Assembly: GCF_009914755.1 (NCBI RefSeq)
Contig: NC_060930.1
Source of the DNA: the human T2T-CHM13v2.0 reference genome, Homo sapiens
Length of the DNA stretch: 64,000 nt
Direction: 5' to 3' (one strand)
Numbering within the stretch: position 1 is the first letter of the stretch; each line of letters starts with the position of its first letter. Shown piece after piece: positions 42,291 to 56,699 of the stretch. Both the position numbers and the translations under genes were made by a program. The notes below the pieces were generated by a model. It saw only the letters and a program-made list of their open reading frames with translations, was not told the DNA's origin and did no database searches.

Positions 42291-44114
42291 GGGCTGATTA
42301 TTGACAATTTCCTGTAGAAATGCACAGAACTGCCTCATAAGCTTGAGTTCTGGACATTGCAGACTGCCTGCTACTGACATACAGAAGGAAAAACAAACCG
42401 ACTAAAATGCAATTCTACACCTTCTGAAACTTCTTATTTCATAGCTTTGTCTGAAAACAAAGCTTTGTATAAAGGACAAGAAGTTAAAATGTTGGGCTTT
42501 TCTTTTGGTTTGTTTCAAGATGGGGAAGTAGAATAAAAAGTTCATCAGGCTTTGGAGATGCAAAGAACTCAACAGCTGTTAATTTGATAGAAGTGGGAAG
42601 TCAGCCAGACTAAGAACTATTTTTAGGCAGTGTATTGACAGGTGTTTTACCTTCTCTCACACCCTCCTGGACAGGGCTTGCCTAGAGTAGATCTGAGTTT
42701 TAAAACTTTCAATAAAAGAAACAGAAGCCTGTAAAAACAGAGTCCACAGCAAGTAAGCCATCTCTACACCATCTCAAGCAACAGGTTGAGAAAGCTTAAA
42801 TGGGAGATATGGTTTTAAAATGGATTTTAATGGCTCATTTGACTGAAATTTATTTTAGGGAGAAATGGATTCTAGAAAATGTTGGCAGTTATATCAGGTG
42901 AAATTATTTTGTTGTCAATAATCCAAAAATGAGAGCAATGGGAAGAGAGGAAAGAGACAAAGGCCAAGTAGGTCTAGCTCTTGAGATGATGGACATGGTG
43001 CCTCAGTAAGCATTGGGAAACATCTCACATATTCTGCTTTTGTGTTAAAGATGATAAAGCATTGGTAGATGATGGTGAAATGTTTCAGTGATGGCTTGAC
43101 AAGTAAATTTATTTCAGGGGTTTGACAAGAATAAAATATAATGAAACAAAATATTATAATCTTTGAAAGATATAAAATACAATGATGGTAAATATTATAA
43201 TCTGCAGAACAATCAGTTTTGTTTTTAAAAACAGAATCTGTAAGATGACCTGAATCACACATTTATAAATCAAAAATATTTAGTATGAAATCAATAATTA
43301 TTTCGAGAAAGAAAACATTATTCATATATGTGTACCGATTTTATTTTCCATACTTTTAGAGTGCTGTATTGCCTGTGGACTTTAAATATTTAAATTCCTA
43401 GTCTGTTATTAATACTAATTTAGTATTTGCATGCGAATATCATTTTAGTTTTATCATTTTCAGTTGTAGCTGAAAAGCTAAAACTACTTAAGGATTCCAT
43501 TGTGTATACAATCATAAATTAGTAATATTAGCCCCTAAAAGTTTTATCAAAGTAAATATACCACTGCAGAAAAGATTCCTTCATTTATTTATTCATCCAC
43601 AAATTTTACTGCTCACTAATGTGTCAAGCTCTCTATTGGCTTTCACATTTAGAGAGAAATATGAAATTCTCTCAGCCCTCAAGGGACCCTCGATCTAGAA
43701 GGGGGAAGGGGGCGGGGAATTATAACCAAAGAATGCCAGTAAATTTGGTGCACTGAAAGAAGTTGTTGCACATATAGTGAAGGAGCAGATAAAGGAGTGG
43801 GCAGCCTTCTGGAGCGTGAGTGGGGATGAAAGTGAGAGAAACAGGTTTGCTGTGTGCATGCAGATTTAACTGTGGCCAGGCAGAGGGGAATGGGTGGGTG
43901 TGGGGCAGACAGTGACAACAGCAGGTCTCAAAAAGTAAGTAGGCATTTAGGGCTCAGACAAGATGGAAGGGTATCCATTTATTCCAACTTATGAAAATAA
44001 CAATAAATATATCTTGACTTAAATTAAACTTAATTTTTTGAATAAAGGACTTGAAGAATGGGAGGATGTTCAACCTATTAGGCAACCAAAGTATTTTTCA
44101 GCAATTTAAAAGCC

Positions 44115-44352
44115 AATAATGTACAAGGATTCCCTTTTCTCCACACCAACACTTGTTATTTCTTGTCTTTTTGATAATAGCCATCCCAGCAGATATGAAG
44201 TTATAGTTCATTGTGGTTTTGCTTTGCATTTCCCTGCTGATTAGTGATGTAGAGCACCTTTTCATATTTAGGTGCTCTTCCCACACACACAATAAAGGGT
44301 AACTATGTGAGATGATGGATATGTTAAGACATTTGAATATAGTAACCATTTC

Positions 44353-44398
<46 letters not shown>

Positions 44399-44435
44399 AC
44401 ATCATGTTCTATACCTTAAATATATGCAATAAAAA
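44115..44435. mobile_element. Short L1MA insertion with inverted 5' part; contains (TG)~20
   Basis: Antisense ORF2 piece (~44115-44270) joined to a sense 3' end (ggtaactatgtgagatgatggatatgtta...caataaaaa). Confidence 0.75.
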
Positions 44436-45779
44436 TGGCTTCTGATGGTAATGTTATTTCTAAGTAGGAACTTTTTTTCAGGCCTCATTAAAACAAGACT
44501 TCTGTGATTTTGATAAGAGATTTATGTAGTAGCTCTTGTGAGTTGAAAAGCTAGGGAGATAGATACAAGGAACTAGAGGATGTGATCTATGGTTGGGTTA
44601 TTTACGTATAGGGAACAAGGACCTCGTGAAGCCCTAGACTATTATATGCAAAAAGCATGCTTTTGTTTATTTCTCTGGGGAGATAGTCTATGGTTTTCAG
44701 CAAATTCTAACATGATTCATAACCCTAAAAAGTTGATTTTTTGCCTTAAGAACTTACTTTATATATTTTATGATACCGACTTTTCACTGAGTGTCTTTAT
44801 TATTTTGAGTTTATGAAAAATATTGCACTATGAAATTTAGCCCTAAATTAGCAAATTCTCTATCTTGACTTACATTTTCTCTAGTGCAGTTACAATTTTA
44901 AGGCTATTACATATCTTTTAAAATACTTACACAGAGAATACATCGATGCAAAAGATCACATACAAAATTTCAATGTAGACCTGAACTTATAATCAACCAT
45001 TGCAATAGCCTCTAATAGCCTATTTTATGACAAAGTGCCATGAGGAAACTCTCAAAGCTAATTGTTGAAAAGAATGATAATGAACAAGTTTTAGAGAGTG
45101 GACAGCAGGTTATAATATTTATATATAACTCATTATAAATTGTCAAGTGGCTTTATACACCAAGAAGAGAAATTTATTTTCTATTCTGGTAAAATAAATA
45201 GCTTCAGAGAAGTGAAAATAAAAACAGGTATTTTGACAACATTAACACGTGTTAACCTTGTGAAATGGCCATCCTTTACCAGCCTCCATCTGGGGTTGTT
45301 CTAATGAGAGAATGTAGGGAAAGTGCTATGCATCTAACATGTCAGCCGAAGCTAGCTCAAAATCCACTAAATCCCACAAGATGTATTGAAGGGCTGTGCA
45401 GCATTCCTACTTGCTCAACCTGTCAATTGTTGCTTGTTGGATAAGAAAACAACATTACTTTTAAAACATGTCACTGAACTGCAATGTTCAGAAAAAATAA
45501 CAGCACCACCCTTTCTCACTTGCAAACATTGAGAAATGTTCAACTACAGCTTTTTCCTAAGAACTCTGAAGCTACCAAAGAGCTTTTATTGAAAGGATAA
45601 TGTCTGCACACCTACCACACCTGAATTGCAATAGTTCTTTATAGATCTCTAACAGGAAATTTTAAAATTAAACTATATTGTTAAGGACAGCTTTTGTTTC
45701 CATGTCACGGATAATCTAGATTTTAGCTTATCAGTGTTGCCCCTTGTAAAACGCTATATTGAATATATCAATAAACAAA

Positions 45780-46322
45780 AGGATCTAGAACTAGAAATAC
45801 CATTTGACCCAGCAATCCCATTACTGGGTCAAATTACTGGGTGTATACCCAAAGGATTATAAATCATTCTACTACAAAGACACATGCACACATATGTTTA
45901 TTGCAGCACTATTTACAATAGCAAAGACATGGAACCAACCCAAATGCCCATCAGTGATAGACTGGATAAAGAAAATGTGGCACATATACACCATGGAATA
46001 CTATGCAGCCATAAAAAAGGATGAGTTCATGTCCTGTGCAGGGACATGGATGAAGCTGGAAACCATCATTCTCAGCAAACTTGTTCTCACTCATATGTGG
46101 GAGTTGAGCGATGAGAACACATGGACACAGGGAGGGGAATATCACACACCAGGGCCTGTCAGGGGGTGGGAAGCTAGGGGAGGGATAGCATTAGGAGAAA
46201 TACCTAATGTAGATGATGGGTTGATGGATGCAGCAAACCACCATGGCATGTGTATACCTGTGTAAGAAACCTACACGTTCTGCACATGTATCCCAGAACT
46301 TAAAGTACAATTAAAAAATAAA
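45780..46322 (+). mobile_element. L1PA (PA7/8-like) 3' end, including the ORF2p C-terminus
   Basis: ORF 45804-46265 encodes YKDTCTHMFIAALFTIAKTWNQPKCPS...WMKLETIILSKL; 3'UTR gggatagcattaggagaaatacctaatgtagatg; TSD aataaacaaa. Confidence 0.95.
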
Positions 46323-46479
46323 TAAACAAAGGTAATATTATATAGATGCTATTCACTTGTCTAAATGTTTTTAAAAGTTAAATTTATATTTAGTTTGAAG
46401 CATTCTTTTCATACCTGAAAACATATATTTTTTTAAATGGAAATCTTTTTTTCACTTCCCTAACAATTAAAATATTTGG

Positions 46480-48020
46480 CAAAATCAATATCAAACTTTC
46501 TAAAGTGTGTATGGAAATGTAAAGGACAGCTAATGTCTTCAGATGGATTTATATTACAAAATATAAGACCTATTATAGAACTGTAGCATTTAAGATAGTG
46601 TAGTATTGGTGAGAGGTTAGATAGCAGTAAATCAATGGAACAGAATAGAGATTCCAGAAGCAGACCCATGCTTACTGGTCATCTTATTTATGACAAAGAT
46701 GACACTGTGGTGCAGTGGGAAAATAATTTTTTCCCCCAGCAAGAACTGCAAGGTCAATTGGATAGCCTTATGGAAAAAAAAATGAATCTTGACTCTTTCA
46801 TCACAACATACATGAAAATCAATTCTAGATGAATTGCAAATCTAGGTGTAAAGGTTAAAAACAAAATCTTCTAAAATAGGGGTTGGCAAACTTTTCTTGA
46901 AGTGCCCAATATTAAATATTTCAGGCTTTGCATATCCTACAATCTCTGTTGCAATTATTCAACTCTCTTCCATGGTAGCACAAAATAAGTCATAAACAAT
47001 ATATAAGCAGATTAGCCTGTCTGAACTCCAATAAAACTTTATTTATAAAAACAGGTGACAGGCTGGGTTTGGATTGCAGGCTATAGTTTTCCAATCCCTT
47101 TTCTAGAACATCTTTTTGAAGCTCAAGTAAGCAAAGATTTCTTAAACTAAAACAAAGGGTAGAAACCAAAAAATAAGATGTGCTATATTAGATTACATTA
47201 ACATTTAAAAATGTGTTTATCAAAAGACACTGTTAAGATTATGAAAAGGCAATCCACACGGTGAAAGAAGATATTCAAAATACATATATTCAACAAAGAA
47301 TGTATATCCAGTATATAAACACACACACACACACACACACCCTACAGATTAATAAGAACAAAGACAATCCAACAGCAAAAAACAATAGGAAATTATGAAA
47401 GTTTCACAAAAGATAATATCAAATGGCCAATAAACATGAAAAGGTTCTCGGCTTAATTAGTTATCAGTAAAATAAAAAATAAAATGTCAATGACATACTT
47501 CTGTGTATCCACAGATGAAAAAGATTGGCAATTCCAAATGTTGTCAAGGATGCATAACAAATGGGACTTGTACCCTGCTGGTGACTGTGTCAGTGGGTAC
47601 AACTCCTTTGGAAAACTGCATTATCTACTTGAGGTGATCATAGGTGTCCTTTGATCTAACAATTTCATTCTTTGGTAGCAACACAAATGTGTCCATATGT
47701 TCATGAAAAGACATATACCTGAATGTCCATAGTGGCACTATCCATATTGTCACAACCTGGGAACTATCCAACGCACAGCAACAGAAGGAAACATAAATAC
47801 ATGTGTTATATTCACACTAGGAATAGCATACAGCAGTGGGAATGACCTACAACTATACATATGGAAAGACACTGTGATATATTTACATAATATGCATTCA
47901 TACTACACAGCAATAAGAATAATCTAAAACTATATGCAACAACATGGATGAATGTCACCTTACCTCCACCTCCCCCAAAAAATATTGAGTGAAAGAAGCC
48001 AGAAGCAAATGAACACACTT
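46480..48020 (+). mobile_element. Old L1M (MD/ME) fragments
   Basis: atcaatggaacagaatagag..tatgacaaag, tcaaaagacactgttaag, aaatggccaataaacatgaaaagg. Confidence 0.75.
46878..47100. mobile_element. MER58A hAT MITE
   Basis: aggggttggcaaactttt...ccaataaaactttatttataaaaacagg...ccaatccct; flanks ttctaaaa / ttctagaa. Confidence 0.8.
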
Positions 48021-48089
48021 TGTCCCTTTCCCTGCTTTATGTTTATTTTGTTCTCCTTTTATTTCTATTTAATGTAAATTTGGTGTTTC

Positions 48090-48850
48090 AAAAATAACCC
48101 ACAATTCATAAGCCTATACTGATACAAATAAGTGATTGAATAAATTAATCAGTGAAGGAGAAGAGACACATTTGCCATGCAGAAAGCTCCAAATAATTTA
48201 TGTAGATAACCCCCATGGAGCTGGAACATACCTCTGCCTTTTAAGGGCAGGCTGCACATAATGACTTCCACAATATGGACAGGAGGGATTTACAGTGGAG
48301 AAGGCTGGCAAACGTTACCTCAGCCAGGTGATTGCGGTCGACATCATCACTCATAAGTCATTTGACAATATGCAGCCTTGGCATGATGTGATGAGAATGG
48401 CACTTTACATCTGTGGTCTTCCTCCCCAAAACCCATAACCCCAGTCCCATCATGGTAACATCAGACATGCCCACATTGAGGGACATTCCACAAAATAGCT
48501 CATCTGTACTCCTCAAAACTGTCAAGGTCATCCAAAACAAGGAAAGCCTGAGAACTTGTCAGAGCCAAGAATATCCTAGGAGACACGAAATCTAAATGTA
48601 GTGCAGTATCCTGGATGGGATCCTAGAACAGAAAAAATGATATGAGGTAAAAACTAAGGAAATCTGAATAAAGTATGGACTTTAATAATGTATCAATATT
48701 GGTTCATTAATTATGACACAGGTACCCTACTAATGTAATATGTTAGCAATAGGGGAACTTAGTACAGGATGTACTAGAACTTTCTGTACTATCTTTGCAA
48801 GTTTTCTGTAAATCTAAAATTATTCCAAAATTAAAAGTGTATATAAAATA
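48090..48850 (+). mobile_element. L1MC/MD 3'UTR fragment
   Basis: ctgtggtcttcctccccaaaacccataaccccagtc, ctcctcaaaactgtcaaggtcatc, ggaaatctgaataaagtatggacttt. Confidence 0.8.
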
Positions 48851-49254
48851 ATAAACAATTCATAGAGTAGGCACTGTGTTACACTGCAACTGGGAAGCGT
48901 GCTCTCCAACATCAAGTTATTAACAATAACAGAATGTATAGGTAGAAAACAAGGAATAGTTGCATAACCCAATAGCCATTTATAATGTAGGAATTATTCT
49001 TTGTTTTTTCTACAAATTTAAATAGATTTCTAGTCATTAAACTTTATGAATGTGAATTACTTCTGTTTACTCCAACACATTAAGGTAGGAGCTTTATGAA
49101 CAATTACTTAGAGATATTTTAAGTTCAACTCTTTATATATCAAACTTCATGCAGAAGAGATGAGTGATGAAATAGGGAATTTTTTTGTTAGTAATTATGG
49201 ACTATTAAAAATTAACTTTCACTCCATTACACTCTTTCAACAAATATAATACAA

Positions 49255-50100
49255 GCATCATAGAATGTTGGAACTGAAAGGGACATTTAAGAGATTAGTT
49301 CAGCTCCTTAACTTCACATGAAATAACTGAGTGCCAGAGAATTTGAGACTTGCCCAAGGTCATAATAAATTTGTGGGAGAGCTGGAATTCACTTATTCAG
49401 TTGAGTGAGCATTTACAGAGTATTTATTATGTTTCAAGCACTGTGATAGGTGCAAGAGATATAAAAATTAGTGAGAATTTATCCTTCAGGTGGAGGAGGC
49501 AGGGACAGGGAGAGGCAGAAAAATAAATAGATGAATACAGTACAGCGTAGAAACAAGCCAGCAGACATGAGGCCAGGGTGCCATGAAATGAAGGAACAGG
49601 TTCATTTGATACAACTCAGGCATCACCTGAGCCTTTGGAAGATGGGTGGGGTTTACACTGATGAGGAGGCCGGAACAGACATTCCAAGCAAAACAGATCA
49701 CATAAGCCAGAGGTAAAAGAGGGAAAGGGAAATAATGTGTTGTGAAGAGCTCCATCCAGCTTCCAGGAACTGCAGAATAGTGTAAGCAGGGAGCTGAGAT
49801 GGATGAAACCAACAATGCTAGATCCTGGAGAGGATTTTGTGCCATTTAATGAGCTAAGTCTTTATCATGTAAGAAATAGAAAGTTATTGCAAGGTTTTGA
49901 ATTTTAGTTTGGCCACTCAGATAGCTTAGTGGAAGTTAGATTCGAGAAGGACAAGACATTACTGGGAACCCTATCAAAGAGGTTACTATAGCACTCAAAG
50001 GACGGATGGTAAACAGTTGGTTTAGAAAAGTGGTGATAAATATGCAGCAGGGGAGGTGGAGTCAATAAATATTTAAGAAAAATGATTTGCGATTAGTTGG
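49255..50100 (-). mobile_element. MIR3 followed by L2 fragments
   Basis: catagaatgttggaactgaaaggga..gacttgcccaaggtca (MIR3); then attcag..gagtatttattatgtttcaagcactgtgataggtgc (L2). Confidence 0.6.
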
Positions 50101-50889
50101 ATGGGGGTGGGGTAAGTGGAGTGGGTGGTTGAAGGTGTTGGCCGAGGAGTCTTGAGCTAGACTCCTAGTCTATACCACAGATCTTTGGAACTTCAAATCA
50201 CAAGAAGCACACATTAGCCCCGAGCTACGTTTACACATTTTTCCACCTCCACCCTAGGAAGCAGCTCTGAATATCAGCAAGTGAAACAGTTTTCGATAAG
50301 CATTTAAACAACAACAACAAAACTCATATCCTTTTGGTCTTATCCTAGGTCAAAAGGTACCTTCTTGCCCTACACACATATAATCAAGAGGAACCACAGA
50401 GGTGATTCTTTGAAGAGCCAAGATAATTTGCTTCCAAGGCTTTTGTCTTTACTCCTAGGCTACAGAGCCTGCCCTAAATTTCAGGTATACCCCATAGAGG
50501 CCATCATCTTGAATCTCTGCCCCGACACACCCTCCATTAGGCCTTGACTGTGGGTGATTGTGCTGCCTATAAAAGAGAATGTATGAAGAGGATCAAGAGA
50601 AAATATAATCAGTTCACCGTTAAAAAAGCTAAACTTCAAATGCCTGTAGAATATTCAGTTAGAGAAAATCAGTTGGCAGTAGGATAATCAACTCTGAAAC
50701 TCAAGGAAGGCATGCAATTTGAAAGTCAAAGGTCACGGTAAGAGAAAAACATGAAAGTGGATGCCATTTTTCAAGGAGAGTCTCTAGCATAAGTGGAAAA
50801 GTGGGAAGAATGTCAGGCCAAAGATGAAGGTCACAGGGTCACCAGCACTTGAAGTACAGCTCTCTAGTAGAAAATTCAATGAAGAATTT

Positions 50890-51470
50890 ATAGGTTTTAG
50901 AAATCTATTGCATAATATGATGACTACAGTAACATAAGCATGTACTGTATACAGGCCAGGCGCAGTGGCTCACGCCTCTAATCCCAGTACTTTGGGAAGT
51001 GGAGACAGGCAGATCACTTGAGCTCAGGAGTTTGAGACCTGCCTGGGTAACCTGACAAAACCCCATCTCTACCAAAAAATATAAAAATTAGCCGGGCATG
51101 GTGGCACTTACCTGTGGTTCCAGCTACTCGGGAAGCTGAGGTGGTGGGGGTCGCTTGACCCCCAGAGGAGGGGACTGCAATGAGCAGAGATCACGCCACT
51201 GCACTCCAGCCTGGGAGACACAGCAAGACCCTGTCACAGAAAAAAAAAAAAAGAATATACTGTATACTTGAAAACTGCTAAAAGAATAGATTTTAAATAT
51301 TCCCACCACAAAAAATAGGTAACTATGTGAGATGATAGATATGTTAATTAGCTTGATTGTGGTAATAATTTCACAATGTGTATGTATACGAAAACATCAT
51401 GTTGTGCAGTGTAAATAAATACAATTTATATTTGTCAATTCAACCTCAATAAAACTGGAGAAAAAAATTT
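50890..51470 (+). mobile_element. L1MA (MA8-10-like) 3' end split by an AluJ
   Basis: actgtatacttgaaaactgctaaaagaatagatttt, ggtaactatgtgagatgatagatatgttaattagcttgattgtgg. Confidence 0.85.
50954..51253 (+). mobile_element. AluJb
   Basis: gatcacttgagctcaggagtttgagacc; TSD atgtactgtatac / atatactgtatac. Confidence 0.92.
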
Positions 51471-52325
51471 TAAAAAAATCAACAGCACAGTCAGAAATGT
51501 ATCAGAGAAACTAGAAGAGAGTTGTATCCCAGAGCACAGAAGTTCAAATAGTTTTCAAAACAAAGTGATCAATTGTATTGAATATAGAAGAGGTGCCACT
51601 ATAAATAGCTTTTGTAAAGATATTCATTAAATTTGGTAATGAAGAGGACAAAGGTAACTTTAGTGAAGTGATTTCACTGTAGTGCTTGTCTTTAGTTGCA
51701 GTAAGGTGGATTGAGGAGTATGTGAGTGAAGAAGTTGAGACTGCTTTTCCACACTGTTCTTTGAAAGTGTGGATGAAATTGGAAGGAGAAAGGCAAGAAA
51801 AAGTTTAGGAGCAGAGCCGTGGGAGACTCTTGATCTTGTCTGTTTGATTTGGGATGAGATGCTTAGTATATTTGTAGGCTACAGGGAAGGATGCCCCCCT
51901 AGAAAGCTGGTGTTGACAAGAGAGGGCATTATGAGGCAGAGTCCTGGAGGAAGAAGGGGAGGCCCAGGCCAGGGTCATAGGCACACAGAATGGGGGCTGG
52001 CATTCAACAGTCAAAGGATGATAGGGATATTTCTTTTTCAGGCCCAGAAAGGAAGGAAGCAAGCCATCATAAATGAATATGTAGAAAAGTTTGTGAGAAT
52101 GTGTGTATGTCTCTCAGAGAGAGTGGTGGGACAGAAGGGAGTTGAAAGAGTTCATACTTGACTGTTATTTATTTACTTATTCATTTTTTTTTCCTAGTAA
52201 GAGGTAAGGTAATCTGCTGAGAATAAGGTTAGGTGGAGTTCTAGGAGAGCAGTGAGTATTTGGATGAAGACTGAGGAGAGTAGGCAAAGGAATTACCGAG
52301 GAAAAAAATAAGAAGATTAAACTAA

Positions 52326-52685
<360 letters not shown>

Positions 52686-52764
52686 TGAGTGGGAGATTCT
52701 TAATTGGGATCAGCAACAATCTATAGTCTTGCATAATTTTTCAGTTGTACTCAACTACCACTAT

Positions 52765-52960
52765 TTAGTTAAAGGCATTTATTAAGTATTCTTTACTATG
52801 TTCTTGGCATTATGCATTGCAAACATTACCACAAACCACAGTAGGTAGGTACATTTATTACCCCAATTTACAGGTTAAGTAACTTCTCCAAGTTTGCACA
52901 GCTGGTAAAAAGGCAGAACAGAGGCCTGTCCGACTCCAAGCCATATGTTATTTTCCATAT
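52765..52960 (-). mobile_element. MIR
   Basis: attattccccaatttacag-like core and aggttaagtaacttctccaagtttgcacagctggtaa. Confidence 0.7.
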
Positions 52961-53704
52961 GTTATACTTCCTCCCAAGGAGTTGGAGCTTTAAGAATTGA
53001 TAAGACATTTTGCTTAGCCTGAGAAAACTCCTAATGCACAAGAGAAGATATGCCAATAAATAATCACAAGCAAATGTGAGGTATTGATATGCTCCAAGAG
53101 CAGAGAACAGGAGCCCATCATTCTGATGAAAGCTTCAGGGAAGCCTCAGGGGGCTGGCATCTGAGCACTGACTAGGTCTGAGTTTATATTCACCAGGTGG
53201 ACAAGGAGTCTGGAGCATCCCAGACTTGGGGACTGTATGAGCAAGGACAAGGAGGTGTGAGAAGGCAACCCAGTTTTGCTCAATGCATCTGGGACATAGA
53301 GTGACTGTTGGGTGAGGAGTGGAAGACTTGGGGGGAGATATGAGATCAGATAATAAGGGGTATTTTATCTACTGAGAACTTTATCTGGTAATCAACTGGA
53401 TAACATGTAAGGTTTTAAATAATGATATTAGATTTGAGTTTTGCAAACATGATCATGTTGGTAACAGGCAGGGTGGAATATAGAATAGGGAGATCAATAA
53501 TTATAATAATTATAAGCTGTCACTTACTCTGGATCAGGCACTATGTAAGTGATTTTCGTAGATTCAGCAATTTAATCATAGAAAAGAAAGAACGAGCCCC
53601 AGGTTTCTAGCTCTGAGGCCAGTGTTCTTTCCACTGTTTTCTTATTTTTCATAGTTTTCTTGTTTATATCTAAACATAAATCTTCTGACACTAATAATCA
53701 TTCA

Positions 53705-54118
53705 AATAGTGTCCCTACCCAAATTCATGTCTATGCAGAATCTCGGAATGTGATCTTATTTGGAAATAGAGTCTTTGTGGATGTAATTAGTTGTTAAAGT
53801 GAGGTTACTAAGAGAGTGGGCCCTAAATCCCATGACTGGTATCCTTGTGAGAAGAGGGGACACACAGAAAGGAACATGAAGGCCAAGACAGAGATTGGGA
53901 TGATGCAGCCACAAGCCAGAGAATGCCAAGGATTGCCAGGACCCACCAGAAGCTAGGAAGGGGCTAGGAAGAATTTGTCCCTAGAGTCTTCATAGGGAGC
54001 ATGGCTTTGGTGACACCTTAATTTGGGGCTTTTAGCTTCCATAATTGTGAGAGAATAGATTTGTTGTCTTAAGCCACCAACTTTGTGGTAGTTATGGCAG
54101 CCCTAGGAAACTAATACA
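53705..54118 (+). mobile_element. MLT1C-like solo LTR
   Basis: gaatgtgatcttatttggaaatag, caccagaagctaggaag; ends gcagccctaggaaactaataca. Confidence 0.88.
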
Positions 54119-55299
54119 CCTTTCTTGTTATATTTCCAGCTAGGGATATATTCTTATATGTTTATAACTGTGTGGATTTTGAGGGAGAAATCACTCACAG
54201 TTGATGATCTCATGGGCCTGCCATCTTTGTCTTTATTGCATTTCACTGTCATTTGCCTGATAGATTAATCTCATTTGGATTCCCTGGGGCAAATCTTGTT
54301 TTATCTTCATGTTGATGTTGCTGCCCATACTCAAGTATTTTGGGTTACAAAAGCAGAATTATCTTTTAACCCTAGCCTGGCAGTAACATGAAGACCTACT
54401 TTATAACCAAAACAATTTCTATGCTTGAAAAAAAGTATTATATAAAAGTACTCAAGCCTGCTTTCAACTTGACTTTTGTACTGACCTAGGGGTTGACAGA
54501 GTCTGCTTTTATTCAAGACTGGAAATATCAGGAGATGTTTGCAAAGTACATGATAAGCCAGTTAAGCAGTTGAACACAAAGAGAGTCTTTTTATATCTTA
54601 TTTGAAACCCCTGAGTTTTGACAACATAGAACTGTGAAATTTTAGAGCTAGCCAAATAGAATTGACATGCAATGAATAGGAGTTAAAATCATTTTAATTT
54701 TGACCAAAACAATAGTATTGACTTTAACCCTACATCATTTTTCACTTTTGCTGCCAACCATTTTCTTGTTGACATGTCACTTACATTTGTTACCTACTTC
54801 ACAAATGCTCCTGGGATTGGTTCTCCTTACAATTCATTTTTCATAAAGGAAAGCTGGACATAAATGCATTTGAGGTTTTCTAGGGTTACCTATTCAGACT
54901 CTTCAGTCACAGAGACAATCTTATGCACCCTCTCTCTCTCTCTCTCTCTCTCCCACAAGAGCTTTCAGGTACATCCTGATGATAAAGAGAGAGACATGAT
55001 GACTTGAGCAGTTCTATGCAGAGCATCTTCTCCACACCCTATACCGTGGTCCCACACAGCGCAGTTCATTTCATGCTTCCCCATGAATGAGAGTATTGTA
55101 AGTTCTATGTGCATGAAGAAATAAATGATTATCCCATTCTCCAGAAACACAAATGCCGTATCACAAAGCATGCACCATTTTCCTTTTAAAATTCCTTCCT
55201 GAAAAGTGTTTGTGGTTGTTGTTTTGATGAATTAATCATATTAGGACACAGAACGCAGATCATAAGCTCAGTGATGAAGAAACTCGTAACATTCAAGTT

Positions 55300-55590
55300 T
55301 CAATGGAAATGTTTCCTGCTCAGAAAGTCCCCTTGTCCCTTTGTGTCTCCTAACCTCCATTTTATTTTATCATAACACCAGGTTATGATAAAACCATAAT
55401 ACCTGGTTTTTTATCATAACACCAGGTTATGATAAAACCATAATACCTGGTTTTCTTATTTATTAATGTATTCATTGTCCTCTTGTCTGTCTAGACTCGT
55501 AGGCTCTTACGTGCCTTATCACTGCATTATCTACAGAGCCTAGAATGGTTCCTGTTGCTAATCAAATGTTTTTCAATGAATGAATCAATG
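55300..55590 (+). mobile_element. L2 3' end containing a duplicated hairpin
   Basis: atcactgcattatctacagagcctagaatggttcctg..aaatgtttttcaatgaatgaat is the L2 3' terminus. Confidence 0.65.
55365..55454. repeat. Perfect 44-bp tandem duplication of an inverted-repeat unit
   Basis: ttttatcataacaccaggttatgataaaaccataatacctggtt twice; each unit has a 12-bp stem and a 5-nt loop. Confidence 0.95.
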
Positions 55591-56699
55591 ACTACAGCTA
55601 GATATCCCAGGAATTATAAGGAGTAAGAATTCAGAGAAAGAAGGAGTAGTGGAAGCTGTAGGTAACTGAAGACAGGTTTTTTAGTAGAGCAGTAGAAGCA
55701 GGGACTCTGGTAGGGGACCTAGAGAGAAAATCTTTGGTAATGTCGGGAAGGAGTTAGCTTCAAGTCTTCAGAGACAAAGGAAAGAGGCATTCAGAGGTTG
55801 GGCACAAAACAGTTATGAGTGGGAGAGGATGAAAGGGCATTTCCTAGAGTTGTGTCCTTCAGGCAGCTGTAGAGAGAGATGGTGGAGGGGGTTATGTAAG
55901 CTGAACACTCTCAAAGCTGACCTATAAAATATACTAAGTAAATTGGACTCTCAGTAAAGGAAATTGCCCAATTCCTAAGCACCATTTTCAGAGGCTTCAC
56001 AATAAGAGTATTCATTCTGAAATCCTACATTTGCGTGTATATACATAACTCCATGGAAAATGACCTTATAATATAGTAATGATGTGCAATACAGTAACAT
56101 GCTGGAAAAAAAATAGTGTAGACTTTGAAATGAAGTAACTAAATCACAATATGCAAGACATATTCAAGCAAATATTCAGATAAAGTTACCTGTCAGTGGG
56201 ATGTGTCTTTGCCTGTTCTCTCTACCTGTGATTCCACATGGCTTTATATAGGAAACAAGAGAGGTTTATTTCACCCAAAATATCCTAGGTATTTTTTTAT
56301 CCTCGATATTGCCAGATAAAGAAATTATAGAAAGAAGGCAGAGCATATCATTGTGTTGAAAGAAAAGTAAGGAACTCTAGTTATATCAACATTACCCAAT
56401 GTCACCTGGTTACATTAAAAAGTTCTGAATAAACAGCTTGAGGGGAAAAAGACATTTTCTTTTTCTGAGTTAATATGTCTCTGTGCTGTAGTCTGGGCAT
56501 CTTTTCAACTTTCCTTTGTTGACTTGGCTGTTTTTGGATTGGAGGCTTCTTTTTCTTATCTGTGTGGAGGAATGCTTTTCTAACTAGAGCCTGATGATTT
56601 TGCTGAGATGACAAGGCTTGTGTGGGTTTACCACAGAACACAAAAGGCCGTGTAGCCCAAAAAGAACTGAAATATGTTCTCTAATACCCAAGGGCTTAC

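Noticed and set aside
45242-45255. 14-bp palindrome TTAACACGTGTTAA containing an E-box
   Set aside because: A palindrome of this length is expected by chance in a window this size.
45804-46265. Longest ORF (153 aa) as a gene
   Set aside because: It is the L1 ORF2p C-terminus running into the 3'UTR through a deletion, in a truncated L1PA.
55365-55454. CRISPR-like palindromic direct repeat
   Set aside because: Only two adjacent copies with no unique spacers, no cas genes, and a mammalian L2 context.
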